Source of the DNA: Octopus bimaculoides
Lineage: Eukaryota
NCBI RefSeq assembly: GCF_001194135.2
Contig: NC_068990.1
Coordinates: forward strand, 89,223,406 to 89,287,405
Length of the DNA: 64,000 nucleotides
Reading direction: 5' to 3'
The translations under genes and the position numbers were made by a program. This document shows, in pieces, positions 24,780-37,580 of this stretch; position 1 is the stretch's first letter; every line of letters begins with the position of its first letter. The notes beneath the pieces were generated by a model that did not search any database, was not told where the DNA came from, and saw only the letters and a list, made by a program, of their open reading frames with translations.

Positions 24780-25450
24780 AGACTACAGTTCTAAAATTTT
24801 CCCTTTTAAAAACAGTAGAGTAATATTTGAAAGAGACTTGGCTGCTATTTCTAGCAGGTTTCTAATAAATATTTAGAGGTTCCAGAGCTAAACAGTAGAA
24901 CTTGCAGTCTCCATACACCAAGTTAAATTTCTTATTAGAATCAATTTTGCATTTCTTCTTTCAATTGGGTGCTGGTGTTGTTTGACCCCAGCTCAGTCCT
25001 GATCCAACAGACTGATGATGAAATATGCTCCAGCCATGACTACTCCGTCATTTTTTTAAACAGTTTAAGATCACATTATCCAAGGAGTCCCATTTTGTTG
25101 TTTTTCAGTCTCAGGTCAGACCTAGTCCAGCTGACCTGTAATGAAAAGCCTTTCAACCATGACCATCCTTCCTTGTTGTTTAGTTTCAGGTCAGCCCTGA
25201 TCTGGCCGAAAAAAGAAAAAGACTGTCCTATTCTTTTTACAGATATTATAAAGTCTAATGTGTTCCTCCATCTGGTTGTTTAACCCCCTGGTCAATCTTG
25301 ATTCAACAGACCTGACCATCATGAACTTTTTCCAGACATAATGTGCCTAGGACAACCTTATCTAATAAGTCCTTCTATGTTTTGTAGTAGAAAGTGAATT
25401 GAGGGAGATATGGCTACTATTTATTGCAGGTCAAATGAAAACATAAAGTC
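24780..25450 (-). mobile_element. Cluster of family C fragments with four repeated 3' ends
   Basis: gttgttt...ccc.ggtcag.cctgatc at 24975, 25095, 25173 and 25274. Confidence 0.65.
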
Positions 25451-25779
25451 TTTTGTTGGTTTGTCTTTTCGGTGGTTGACAAAACGACTACCAGTAATAT
25501 GCTGGGATTGATACAATCATCTTTATACCCATCCTTGAAAAAGGTAAAAAATAATAATAAAAGGTTTATATCAGTAAGACATGTCCCCTCCACAAATTTT
25601 CTCTTTGTTATTTTATCCCAGTACTCTTATTCTTACAGGTTTTCTGTCTCAAGCACAAAACATGTTGATACTTGAATTGTTTGTAACCAGTTTTGATAAA
25701 AACGGGTACATGAATTGATTGTGCTTACAGTACACACACACACACACACACTCTCTCTCTCACACACACAAACATTGCT

Positions 25780-26735
25780 CTTCCTCCCTCATCTGCTCCA
25801 CCCCCACCCACTCCATCACTGTACTGCATTATTCTGTCACTGTAACTAATGAAAGCATAACCCATTGCTACATAATATCATTACCCTTTCTGTGCTACTA
25901 GTCATCCTTCTCTCTCCCCTAAGCCATTTTCTACTGGCCTCCATCTCTCATTCTTACCAGTGTCCCCAACCACACCCTCACTCACCACGACTACCTTCAC
26001 TCATTATTTACCTATGACCCCCCCCACCCGTTTCTACCCATCACTCGCTCCTCTCCCCAGCTCTAGTAATCTTTACTCACCCTATCTGATCTTTCTGTCA
26101 CCATGCTCTCTTCTGTTCACCTCCTTGGATATGTTACCTTAAAGGTATGCTCTGGCTCCTCATCACCATCATACTTATCTCTCTTTCTATTACCACTTCA
26201 CTCCAAAAAGGGTGGAGTAGTAGCTCCCCCCCACCGCCTTTTCTCCTACTCAACCGATCATACTGTCCTCCTTCTTATCACTCACTTATTCACTCTCACT
26301 AATCCCTGACACTACTCATTTTCTTTCCCTTCTCTTACTCCCTTGCTTGTCAGTGTCTCTGTTAGTTTCTCCAATAAAACCATCTAACAATAATAAACCT
26401 GTTCCTTCCATTGTACTTTAACTTCTTAACATCTTGCTTAAAGCCTTTGTTCTTTCTCCTATTCCCCCCCCCCTTTGCCATGGGAGCTCTTTAGTTTTGT
26501 GAGTTACAAGGTAACCTCACAAGTACTGTTACCATAAGAAAAAGCATTCAGTAAACTCCATAAAATGGTTGGCATTAGGGCATTAGGAAGGCATCCAATA
26601 ATAGTATTCGTGCCAAAATGGGCATTGGAACAAGATGGCATCTGCCAACCTACTGGATCTTGTTAACCCATTCAACAACCACTGCCAACATGGAAAACAG
26701 ATGTAAAATAAGGATGATGATGATGATGATGATGA

Positions 26736-26740
<5 letters not shown>
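25780..26740 (+). mobile_element. Composite retroposon: pyrimidine-rich head plus family D tail
   Basis: tctttagttttgtgagttac...aggaaggcatcc...(gat)n then (ta)n. Confidence 0.6.
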
Positions 26741-26804
<64 letters not shown>

Positions 26805-26805
<1 letters not shown>

Positions 26806-26975
26806 CTTGTTAGAAATATTTTGGATTTTATCCAGTTTCCATCTACCAAATCCACTCACAAGATTTTAGTTAGCCCAGGTATATAAAAGAAGATGCTTGC
26901 CCAAAGTATCACACAATGGGACTGAATTGAAAGCCATGTGATTGAGAAGTGAAATTCCGAACCATATAGCCATAA
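26805..26975 (-). mobile_element. SINE family A 5' part
   Basis: cagtttccatctaccaaatccactcacaag. Confidence 0.8.
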
Positions 26976-27299
26976 CTTTGACTGTACACACACACACACA
27001 CACACACGTGTGTATGTTTGTATATAAAGTGAGAAAGGGTTGTGCAACATCATCTGCCTCACCCTCTCATCCCTTCATATCTGATTCCAGTGGCAGGACA
27101 AAGTCAAGGTAACAAAAGATAGGTCAGAATGCAGTGGAGGCTGCAGTGTCCTTCATGTCTCACTGTGCCCTGTCTGTGCTCCACAACACTTGCTGGTCCA
27201 CTTCCCTGCATGTTGAACCAATCTGGTGGTTTCCACAGCACAATCTGCTGGCTCCAGTCTTCATATGCATAGTCAAACAAGTTCTAGCTCACCATGGAT

Positions 27300-27610
27300 T
27301 GAAAGCCATTGGGTATTCACACCATGGTTCAGCTGATTTGTGGAGCCACAGGTAAGAGCTGGGTGTCAGATGAGGACCAAAGTGGACTAACTACTCTGAA
27401 GAGCACTGCATGTTCCTCCATGTACAACGCAACCCAAAGGACTGATTAACTGATGTCTATGGATTTCCCTCAGAAGAAAGTGTCATGCTACCATCATCAG
27501 TGCATACGCCTTCACCACGACTACAACAACAACAGTCACCTACTGCTGAAGACTGTGCAGCACATGACCTGCTGATCTTCAACACAGTGTTTCACCTACC
27601 CAACCACAAA
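27300..27610 (+). mobile_element. RTE (BovB-like) APE endonuclease relic
   Basis: ATIISAYA and CAAHDLLIFNTVFHLP match RTE endonuclease motifs (ATIISAYAPT; C..HDL.ITNT.F.LP). Confidence 0.75.
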
Positions 27611-28213
27611 AAGCCATTCCTTACGCTGCTTCATATTGATGTACAGGCACCATTTTTTGTTGCCAGTAACGATCCGGTAAAGAAATTGTTGCTTGTGTCC
27701 ATGAGTTGAGCGTTGATGAGCAAGCAAACCAGTGGAGATTGTGGCTTGTTGAATTGTGTTGTTGCCACTTAAAGCATGAGGAACCCATGCTCCATACTTC
27801 TGAACATTCCCCATCGAGTGAAGATGCTTCTCTATAACAGTGTGGAAGCATTCCATTTTCTCTACCAGTTCTCTTGTCGTTTGATGAGAATTTTCATGCA
27901 AAAGTTGGTTTAATCGATCTTCATCGAACTCAACTGGATGGCCAGAACAAGGTACATCTTTGAGGTCAAAATTTCCATTTTTGAACTTGGCATACCAATC
28001 ACGAATGGCTCTTTCAGCTATGGCGCCCTCTTCATACACAGCACAAATGTCACGAGCAGCTTTTGCTGCCTTAGAACCTTGATTAAAATGCTCATTTTTC
28101 TTAACTTCACATTCCATTTTAATGATCTGAAAATAAACAAAAAATTAACTAAAATTAACTAGAAAAAAAACAAAATAGATTCAAAAATGATTCAAAAATA
28201 GAATTCTCGAAAA
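27611..28213 (-). mobile_element. mariner transposase 5' half, inverted copy
   Basis: ORF 27596..28117: HTH region, WVPHAL linker and VTGNKKW (first catalytic motif degenerate). Confidence 0.92.
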
Positions 28214-28277
28214 CTAAGTTTCCACTGTTTTTCTAAATTTTGGAATTTATTGTGTTTTTAAATTTTGGAATCTATTT

Positions 28278-29490
28278 TTTTCGAGAATTCTATTTTTGAA
28301 TCATTTTGGAATCTATTTTATTTTTTTTCTAGTTAATTTTAGTTAATTTTTCTTTATTTTCAGATCATTAATATGGAATGTCAAGTTAAAAAAAAACGAG
28401 TATTTTCGACACCTCCTTTTTGCTTTTAATCAAGGTTCTAAGGCCGCAAAAGCTGCTCACGACATTTGTGCTGTATATGGAGAGGGTGCCATAGCTGAAA
28501 GAACCACTCATGATTGGTATGCCATGTTCAAAAATGGAAATTTTGACCTCAAAGATGCACCTTGTTCTGGCCATCCAGTTGAGTTCGATGAAGAGCGATT
28601 AAACTAACTTTTGCATGAAAATTCTCGTTAAATGACAAAGGAACTGGCAGAGAAATTGGAATGCTCCCACACTGTTATAGAGAAGCATCTTCACTCGATG
28701 GGAAATGTTCAGAAGTATGGAGCATGGGTTCCGCATGCTTTAAGTGACAACAACAAAAATCAACGAGCCACAATCTCCGCTGGTTTGCTTGCTCGTCAAC
28801 ACTCAACTCATGGACACAAGCAACAATTTCTTCACCAAATCATTTCTGGTGACGAAAAATGGTGCCTGTACATCAATATGAAGCAACGTAAAGAATGGCT
28901 TAGCCCCGGTAAACAAGTGACACCACGCGTGAAATAAGATCTTCATCCGCGTAAAATGATGATGTGCGTATGGTGGGACTGGGAAGGGATTATCCATTAC
29001 GGATTGCTTGAATGGAACCAAACGGTCAATGCGGAACTCTATGTTCAACAGATGGAATGACTCAACATGGCTATTCAACAGAAAAGACCTAATCGGCAGC
29101 ATGGAGTTCTTCTGCAGCATGACAACACTTGCCCTCATATCGCCAATATGACCAGGGAAGCCATTCCAACACATGGCTTGGAAGTGCTGCTAAACATGGC
29201 TGGGAAATGCTGCCACACCCGCTGTACTCTCCTGATTTGGCACCAACGGATTTCCACCTCTTTCGATCTCTTTCAAATGCTATGTGTGGAGTTTTGTTCA
29301 ATACTGATGTAGAATTGAGAGCTTGGTTGGATCAATTTTTTGAGTTGAAATCAAATGAGTTCTACCAACGAGGTATTGAAAATCTTGTTCAACGTTGGGA
29401 AGAAGTTGTAAACAACAAGGGTGAATACATTATTGATAAATTAGTTGTTATTTTTTAAAAAAACGGTGGGAACTTAGTTGCCAACCCAAT
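28278..29490 (+). mobile_element. mariner (DD34D) element, near full-length pseudogene with right TIR only
   Basis: ATG at 28373; WVPHAL, SGDEKW, MMCVWWD, QHDN and YSPDLAPTDFHLF motifs; right TIR ...ggtgggaacttagttgccaacccaata ends at 29490; stops and frameshifts present. Confidence 0.95.
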
Positions 29491-29670
29491 AGATAGATAG
29501 ACAGATAGATAGATAGATTCATGCATACATACATACATACGTATGTATGTACATGTATTTCTCTCACATATGTATATATATATATACATATACATATTTT
29601 TGTATATGTATATTTATATGCAGGTGTGTATGTGTGTGTGTGTGTGTACATACACACACACACATATATC
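29491..29670. repeat. (GATA)/(TACA)/(TA)/(GT) compound microsatellite
   Basis: Starts immediately after the mariner TIR and its TA. Confidence 0.9.
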
Positions 29671-30109
29671 TAAAACAATAAAAAATGTTACGAGTAAAAG
29701 ACACCACTGCTGAATAGAAAGTACTCAATCTCAATATGGAATCTATGTAGAGTGAAAGGGGTTTTTTTTATTAATAAAATTGACATTTATGGGTTCATTG
29801 TGCTGTTTGATAAATGAAACAAAGATGAAATGTGAATGAACTCAGCTAAAATAGTAACTGAATCAAATTCAAAACAAACCAAAACAACTCTAATGGTGAA
29901 ACATGTCAATGTGAAATTAACATTGATGGATTTACAATTGTTAATAATGGTGAATATGAACATGAAATAAATATATAAATGGAATAATAAGAAAGAATAA
30001 TCCTTGAAGATACTTGCTGATATAAACATGCATACACTGATATAAGCCATTGTAAGCTACGTGGAGGAAGATCAGGTTGTAAAATTTTTATGGCTTAAAT
30101 TTTCTGTGA

Positions 30110-30570
30110 ACTGCCTCGTCGTTGTCATCGTCATCATCATCATCGGCACCACCACCATCATCGTTATCATCATCATAAAACATTCACTTTTCCATGCTTG
30201 CATCATAGGCCAAACGGAATTCATTGAGGTTTTCTAAGGACAGATGTCATTCCTTTTGGCAAGCCTCATGTGTTTCCAAGTAAGGTAACATTTTCCTCAC
30301 AGTCAGACATATTTTTCAAAGAAAACTGGAAATGAATAACGCTGTTTATACGACAGTGATGCTCATTTGCAACCATCGTGTGATGTCAGGGCAAGGGTGC
30401 ACACATGCATATACTCAATGGGTTTCTTCTAATTTCTGTCTGCCAAATCCACAAGGCACTGGTTGGCCCTGGGCTGTAGCAGAAGAGACTTGCCTAAGAT
30501 AAAGCATAATGGGAATGAACCTGAGACCACATGGTTGGGAAGCAAGCTTCTCAACCACACAGCCACATTT
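30110..30570 (-). mobile_element. SINE family A, full length
   Basis: Head at ~30570 (cttctcaaccacacagcc), tail (cat)n at ~30120. Confidence 0.75.
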
Positions 30571-31077
30571 AAATGCTGCTCTAAATATTTTCTGAATGGC
30601 AGCTGAGTAATGGGGTATTAGCAAAATCAATACGATAAGCCCTCTGTAGTGCAAAGATTACAAACTTATTATTCCTTTGTTCTGCTTCAGTTCTATACTG
30701 TATTATATCATACATTGAATTGTCCTTTAATGATTAAATTTATGAAGCCAAAAAAGTTTGTTTGCTTCTGTTGTGGTTCTTGAAGGAATTAGTGTATAAA
30801 TAAAATCTTGATTTAAATGGATCTGAGGTCATACAAATATGAGCTTTTGTTTTGATATTGGTTGACTAAATGTAAAAACATAATGTCCTTGGCAATGCAG
30901 TTAGATTATAGAGGGAAATTGCATAGGTTAGTGTTGTGTTGGTTAATGGTTTTTGTTATGTATGTTGGTTAATTTTGGAGATGTTATGATATGCTAAATT
31001 ACACTCTAAGTTTGAAATAGCTGAATACAAAAGTTTGTTAGTATCTTTATTAAAGATCTGTTAATATTTGTAGCTTA

Positions 31078-31290
31078 AGGGCAAACTGGCAGAATCGTTA
31101 GCACATTGGGTGAACTGCTTAGTGTCATCTCATTTGTCTTCCCATTCTGAGTTCAAATTCTGCCAAGATCAACTTTGCCTTTCATCCTTTTGGGGTTAAT
31201 CAGTATCAGTTAAGTACTGGGGGGGGTCAATGTAGTTGACTTACCCCCTAGCCCAAAATTGCTGGCCTTGTGCCAAAATTTGAAATTGAT
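31078..31290 (+). mobile_element. SINE family B
   Basis: ggcaaactggcagaatcgttagcac...ttctgagttcaaattctgcc. Confidence 0.8.
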
Positions 31291-31319
31291 ATTTATAGTT
31301 TAAGGAGAAATATTTCTTT

Positions 31320-32650
31320 AGGAGTTTAAAGTTTTGAGCCAAGAGTGTAGAGAGTGTGATACTGAGCAGAGCTGAGTACAAGGTTATGCTTCTTTTCCTG
31401 CTTTTGCTTTATTGGAGTAGGAGGTAGGGGTTACTGTGCAATAGATGTTATCCTTAAAGCCTCTTCTGGCTAAGTCTTCATTGTAATATTTGGGATGTCT
31501 TGTGAAAAACATTTTCGTTAGCTGTTTGGGATGTCCACAAGTAGTTAGAATGTCTATGATATAATATAGCATTTCATTAGGATTGTGGTATAAGTAATGA
31601 AAAAATTTGAGGAAATCCAGGGTAACATCCAGATAACTGACTTTTGTGGGATGAGTTGCAATGATTGATTGGAAGTCTAAGTCTTTAAAGAAGTAGCAGA
31701 GATTGTTTCTGAATCTATCAGCATGGTTTGACATTATTTAGAATTTAAAATACATCATCTCAATAAAGACTGTCAAGAAAGCTAGTTTTTATTTTATGCA
31801 GTATGTAAAGGACCCCACCAAGGTTGCTGGTTTCTGTGGAGTCCAGGATACCCACACTAACATTGAAGGGTTTATTTGTTAGATTTCTAATTGATCCATA
31901 AGTTACTGTTACATTTCACAACCAATTTTCAGGCATGTATAATAATTACATTTTCTTTTTCTGTGATGTTGGCAATGGATTTAGCAGAATTAATTGCATT
32001 AGTTAATATGAGTAGCACTCTGATGTGCAGCAGTCACAAATGTCAAACTGGAAAAGTTTGCATCCATTTTATTGGAAATTGCCTTAAAACCATTTAATTA
32101 CTTCCACTTTAAAATTCCAAAGAAATAAAGGTGAAACCTTTCTTACTTCAGGGATCATATTATCAAGGACATGTTTATTGATCCAGCCTGTATTGGTTTT
32201 TGTAGGATTGATTAGTCTAATTGTTGGGTTGAGACTGAGTTCTACCTTATAACCTATACACATAAAGAAAAATCCTTTGGGTGAAAAAGGGTTTGATGTG
32301 ACCATTGATTAGAAGTTCAGAAGTTATCTGCCCCCACCCCTCCAGTCATTAAGGAAGTTCCAATCTTTTTTTTCCTGTAAATACTACTAATGGAACTGAG
32401 GATAAATTTCTTGTATATCTTACAATGTATTTGACAATGATATTTTAGTTTTATCTGATTTGATGAAAAAATCATCTATTTATTTTACTTTGATATTTTC
32501 TGGATTTATTTTGAGTCCTCATTAAAAGCCTGGTGTATGTATCACCAAGGCAAACTCGAAACACCTTCTTCATAGTCTAAGGTTTCAGCTTCATAGAGGA
32601 GAATGCTTTTTATATATGCTCTGAAGAAGACAAATCTTGTTGATCTTGAA
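31320..32650 (-). mobile_element. Second Penelope-like (Neptune type) RT relic
   Basis: DDFFIKSDKT, NPTIRLINPTK...WINKHVLD, FQFDICD and KVSYLDVTLD...YHNPN motifs in order. Confidence 0.8.
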
Positions 32651-32651
32651 A

Positions 32652-33300
32652 TATTAGGTTGTCAAAATAGTTCTTGCAGTTTTTAACCCTTAAATTCAGA
32701 TGCACATATCTCGGCACAAACAAAACTTTATTAATCAAAATAAACACCATCAGAATCAACAGACTTTTGCCAACACGAAACAAATTTATTTATGCCAGTA
32801 GCGTAAAAATCCTGCGTTCTGGTGGCGATGAAGTCGTTGAAGGCATGTTTGGCATCGTCTTGGTTTTTGAAGCATTTCTCACGCAGGAAGTTGTTGAGGA
32901 GTCTGGTGAGTATGGCGGATGAGGCAGAGTTCCATAGCCTAATTCGTTCAACTTCTGCAGGGTCAGTTGTGCAATGTGCGGACAAACGTTGTCGTGGAAG
33001 TGAAGAAACCACTTTCTACACATTTTTTCACTTAAAACATTAGAACCATCAATGTTCTGATGGGGCTTTGCTGTTGCTCTAACATTAACACCTTTATGAA
33101 ACTTGTAAAACAAAACATGACTAATATGCTGCCGAGCTGGTTCAAACACGGGTTCGTGTTGTAAGCTATTTTGATAATAAAGAGTGAAAAATATATAATA
33201 TACGTATGAAACGTCTTACTAAGTAATACAAACAGATAATACTTTAATAAACCCTGTTTAATATCTTCAGTTCAAAATTCAGAACGTTCCAGTCTGATTT
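32652..33300 (-). mobile_element. Internally deleted mariner inserted at TA in the PLE
   Basis: TIR-like ta|ttaggttgtcaaaatagttcttgcagtttt; ORF 32790..33149 joins the HTH (..CRKWF) to HDN..PH...PHPPYSPD; C-terminus in ORF 32731..33012. Confidence 0.85.
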
Positions 33301-33399
33301 ATACATTGCTGTCATCACTGCTGTTGCCATCACCTTCGTTGTCATCGTTGTTGTTGCCATCATTGTCGTTGTTGTCATAACCACCGCCACTGCTGTCAT

Positions 33400-33900
33400 C
33401 ATCATCATCATCATTTACTGTCCATGTTCCATGCTGGCATGAATTGGATGGTATGACACAATTCAACAGGTCCAAGGACTGCATTGGGCTCCAATGTCAT
33501 CTTTGGTATGTGGTTTCTATGACTGATTGCCCTTCCTAATGCCAGCCACTTTACGCCATGCACTGGGTGCTTTTATTTATGCCAGTAGCACTACTGATGT
33601 TGCCATGAACTCTGGGAGAGGTGGTCAGCTTTATGCTGGGGGCACAAGGGGTTAAAGTATGAGGTGGGAGCAAGGCAGGTTCTTGTAGAGGATCTTCATG
33701 GCTACTTACATTTAGCAGGGGAGGACAAGAAAAAGAAAAGAGAAATGATCAGTAGGAACTGCAACGAGATAGATAAGGGTGAGGAGGTGCTCAGGTGACA
33801 CTTCAAGATATACAGTGAGTAGAAAAGGGTGTGTGGGTGGTTTGCAAGATTGTACGCGGGGCATAAGAGGAAGGGATGGGGAAGCAGACGAGAGCACTAG
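33400..33900 (-). mobile_element. Composite retroposon: pyrimidine-rich head plus family D tail
   Basis: Homologous to 45550-46090 (ccacaagaacctgc...ttaacccc). Confidence 0.65.
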
Positions 33901-34029
33901 TTCATCAAATGAGATAAGACTAAAAAATCTTCATCAAATATTTATAGATTGCAAGAGATACAAAATATTTATCTTAAGTTCAATTTGTAGCACCTATTGG
34001 AAAAAAGAATGATTAGAACATCCTAAATA

Positions 34030-34151
34030 TGTGTGTGTGTGTGTGTGTGTGTGTGTATTTATAAATGTATGCATATATGTGTGTGTGTGTGCATGTGTGT
34101 ATGTGTATGCATGTTTGTGTGTGTACATGTGTGTATGTGTATATGTGTGTG

Positions 34152-34227
<76 letters not shown>

Positions 34228-34250
34228 TACATATGCACACACAGACTGAT
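34030..34250. repeat. Compound (GT)/(TA)/(CA) microsatellite
   Basis: Visible. Confidence 0.95.
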
Positions 34251-34589
34251 ATAAATACATGTGGTGTTTACATTGTCCTCCCTCACTATCATCCTTGCTA
34301 TTATTCTTGTTATTGTTACCATAATCCCAACATTACTCTCAGCACCAGCATCACTCCTAAATCCGTTTCCTTCCTCCCTTCAGAGTCAAGTCTTACTACT
34401 TTTACCATTCTCAGCTGTGTCTACCTCCATGAGCCTCACAGCATCGTATCAAGCATCAGGTGTTATTCACCCCCCCCCTGTTTATTAATCCTTCAGCACC
34501 TCCACCACAATCACCGCACCTTGTCTTCCTTTCATACATTGTTCTCGTCCATCCCCTCCTCCCTTCACATCAGCACCCTTACCACTTGT

Positions 34590-34862
34590 ATCATCATCAT
34601 CAGCAGCAGCATGTACCCCCCTTGTCCTCATCCCCATTAACACTGTCATGACCACCATGATCACCACTGGTATCACTGCATCATCTTCATCACCACCATC
34701 ACCACCACCCTTACCATCACCACAACCTTTACCTTCACCATCACTGCCATCATCACCACCCTCATCCCCATCATCATTACCACTATCACCATCACCATCA
34801 CCATCACCCTCATCACCACCATCACCATCACCATCATCATCATCATCGTCATTGCCATCATG
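34590..34862. repeat. Degenerate (CAC/CAT)n trinucleotide tract
   Basis: Visible; explains His/Pro/Met-rich ORFs. Confidence 0.9.
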
Positions 34863-35682
34863 TGGCTTCTATTAGGAATTAAAATTTCAATTGAAGCTTA
34901 CACCTTCAACTGAAGTATTTATATTATGTATTTAACACAGATATAAAGTTGTAGTCACAAAATTAACCTATTTAGTGAATTTTGTCGAATTGTTTACTAA
35001 GATTGTTGATTTTAATTTAATTAATTTGTTTTAGTAAATATATGTTGATTAGGTCCTCGTTCAGCCTTTAATCAAACAGCAAAAGTCATGACCAAATGTC
35101 CAGGACAGCATTATCCAATGTATTCTTCCTAGTTTTCTTTTTTAAAAAAAGAGAGAAGGAGATTTGGTTGCCATTTCTGGTCAGTCCAACAACTGCATTT
35201 GTTGTGGTGGTGAAGCTCCCAAATCAGTATTTGATCCAGGGCATCTAGAGACAAAAGTGTTCCACCTATCTCCATCCCAATTTTTTAATGGCTACAACTA
35301 CATTGTATATGTGTCTTTAGATCTCAGTGTTATTTGAAGGAGAATTGGTTGCTATTTTTAGCAGATCAAGCAACCTCTTGTTAGCTTGGAGTGAATAGCT
35401 GTTTGTAAAATTATGCTAGATCAAGCAAACAACCAAGTGGATGACAGTTTATGCCCTGTCATTGGCACTGGACTGTGTCTGAGAGTAGGATGTTCGAAAT
35501 CTCAAAAGGTTAAGTTCACCAAGCTGAAAGCAGGTCCCACCCCACAGGAGAAGATTAATTGACTGTTCTAAAAACAACATTAAGTAAAATAAACAAATAA
35601 AACTCCTCAGGTTTCAGTTGTTTCAGACATGTTTACCCTTATTCTAATTGTCAGGTGGAATCAGCATGATACAGTGTGTGAC

Positions 35683-35689
<7 letters not shown>

Positions 35690-35738
<49 letters not shown>
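35690..35738. repeat. (GT)n microsatellite
   Basis: Visible. Confidence 0.97.
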
Positions 35739-35741
<3 letters not shown>

Positions 35742-36189
35742 GGGGGAACTCTATTTTTCAATGATGAAGATTCAGTTGCTTAATTAACTGAATTACTTCC
35801 CCCCCCCCCGGACTAGTACCTAATAGAAGTTGAGTAGTCCTCATGTCCCAGTGTACCATTGAGTGAGACCAAGTTGTGCCTTTGAATTGTATGTACAACA
35901 CATCTGCCAGGCGTCTGAACAGAGCCCAGCTACCCAATTTCACTCATAAGCCTGGGGTCAACCCAAGACAATTGTAAGACACTTGTTCAAGATGTCACAC
36001 AGTCAGATTGAATCTGAGATCACATAATTGCACAACAAACTTCTTAACCATTCAGCCATGATGCATCCACACTAAAACAACAATGATATCACTAGGACAT
36101 TGATAGTGATTCGTTACCTCAGAGTTCTGAGTTCAACTCTTCTTGTGGATCTGAACATTTTTTTTTTTTTTTGTTTTGTTTTTTGATAC

Positions 36190-36396
36190 TTTTGATACTA
36201 ACCAACCTGAGACCACTCCAAGTCCTATCTTAAAATGATCTAAATTAAAACCTTCCATCAAAATTTCTTATTAGCATACGTTCGAAACAACAGCTTAATA
36301 ATGATAAAGTTATTTTACTAAATTATTCCTTATTTTCAAAATTAATTGACACAAAAGAAGTGTATTTCAATAAAAATTTGGTAACAAAAGGGTTAA
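36190..36396. mobile_element. piggyBac-type MITE, left end damaged
   Basis: Interior matches 21035; ends gtaacaaaagggttaa. Confidence 0.7.
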
Positions 36397-37249
36397 TGCT
36401 TAACCAGAGAGAGAAGGGCTATGAAAAGTTGGCTAATGATCTTTATCATTCAACAAATTTCATTAGATCTCATTTGTCAATAAGAATCATTGATTTTGTG
36501 TATACATATAAATAAATTAAAGACAGAAGCCTAGCCTCCCCATCATCTGTACATTCTGGTAACGAGTCATAATAAATTAATGAAATGAAACAAAACTTTC
36601 ACCATTGTGTAATCTAGGATTTGTGAGATGATCTGGAACTTTAAACAGAAAATTAATGATTATTTTCCCTGGATTAATCAAAATTTATGAACTATTTTGT
36701 CTTTGTAATTTTTAATTTTTATTTTCCCCCTTTTCTTCCCTTCAAAATCCAAAAGGGCTACTGTTAATTCCTAGTTCTGGTTTGATTGTTGAAGTAGATT
36801 AGAGATAAATAGTTGCTTGTATATGAAATCAGTCTCTTGCATCTAACATACACAGATGATTAGCACCTAAGATGAATAATTCAAAATAAAGAGCCACAAT
36901 GCAATATCCTCATTGGATTTGAACTCACAAACTAGAAACTCATGCCTTAACTTCTCAGACATTTCTCCTTAACATTTGAAATGTTCAGAAGTAAAAAAAG
37001 ACAGGGCTTAATGGTTTGAATCACGAAAACTCTGAGAAAAATACAAAATGAACCAGTAAGCAGCAGCCCTATTTATAATGTATGTAATGGAACATGTTAT
37101 AAGCTGGCATCAGAAGTCCTTTTCACAGTCACAAGACAGAGAAATATGTGAAACTATTTACCCACAGTGGCAGCTTAACCTAAAATATGAGTGAAAAACT
37201 GTCCATACCCATTGATTTAAAATGGTAAAAATATAAGCCAAAAATATAT

Positions 37250-37580
37250 CTCAAAGGTTAGGCCATCTTTTCAGGGCCAGAAATAACTTCAGCTCTGAAA
37301 AGCTCCTAATCTTATACAAAGCATAAATGTGACCCACATTGAAAAACTGCTCACATGTCTGGGATGGTGCTGTTAATTCACACAGAAACATTGTAGACTG
37401 CATCCATAAAGAGGCCATCTGGCTGATTGGCAAGTTACTAACACACTACAACCTATTATGTACACCGTCCTCACTCTGTCACTTCTATCATTACTACAAT
37501 GCTTTCTGTTCTTTGGAACTAAAAGCCATGTACTGTCCCAATGCAAGCCACCCAGTTAATCTGCTTCTCCTCTTATTATC
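37250..37580 (+). mobile_element. CR1/Jockey-type LINE 3' fragment
   Basis: PTLKNCSHVWDGA...DCIHKEAIWLIG...SSLCHFYHYYNAFCSLEL matches LEYCSHVW.GA and FYRYYNG.CS.EL. Confidence 0.8.

Noticed and set aside
32612-32652. CTGAAGA...GAAA hammerhead-like string
   Set aside because: Antisense to PLE coding sequence, poor stem II, and cut by the mariner insertion.
34648-34875. Pro/Ser-, His- and Met-rich ORFs
   Set aside because: Products of the degenerate CAC/CAT repeat.
35760-35800. ATGATGA plus attcagtt/aactgaat hairpin as snoRNA or hammerhead
   Set aside because: Lacks GAAA and a suitably spaced box D.
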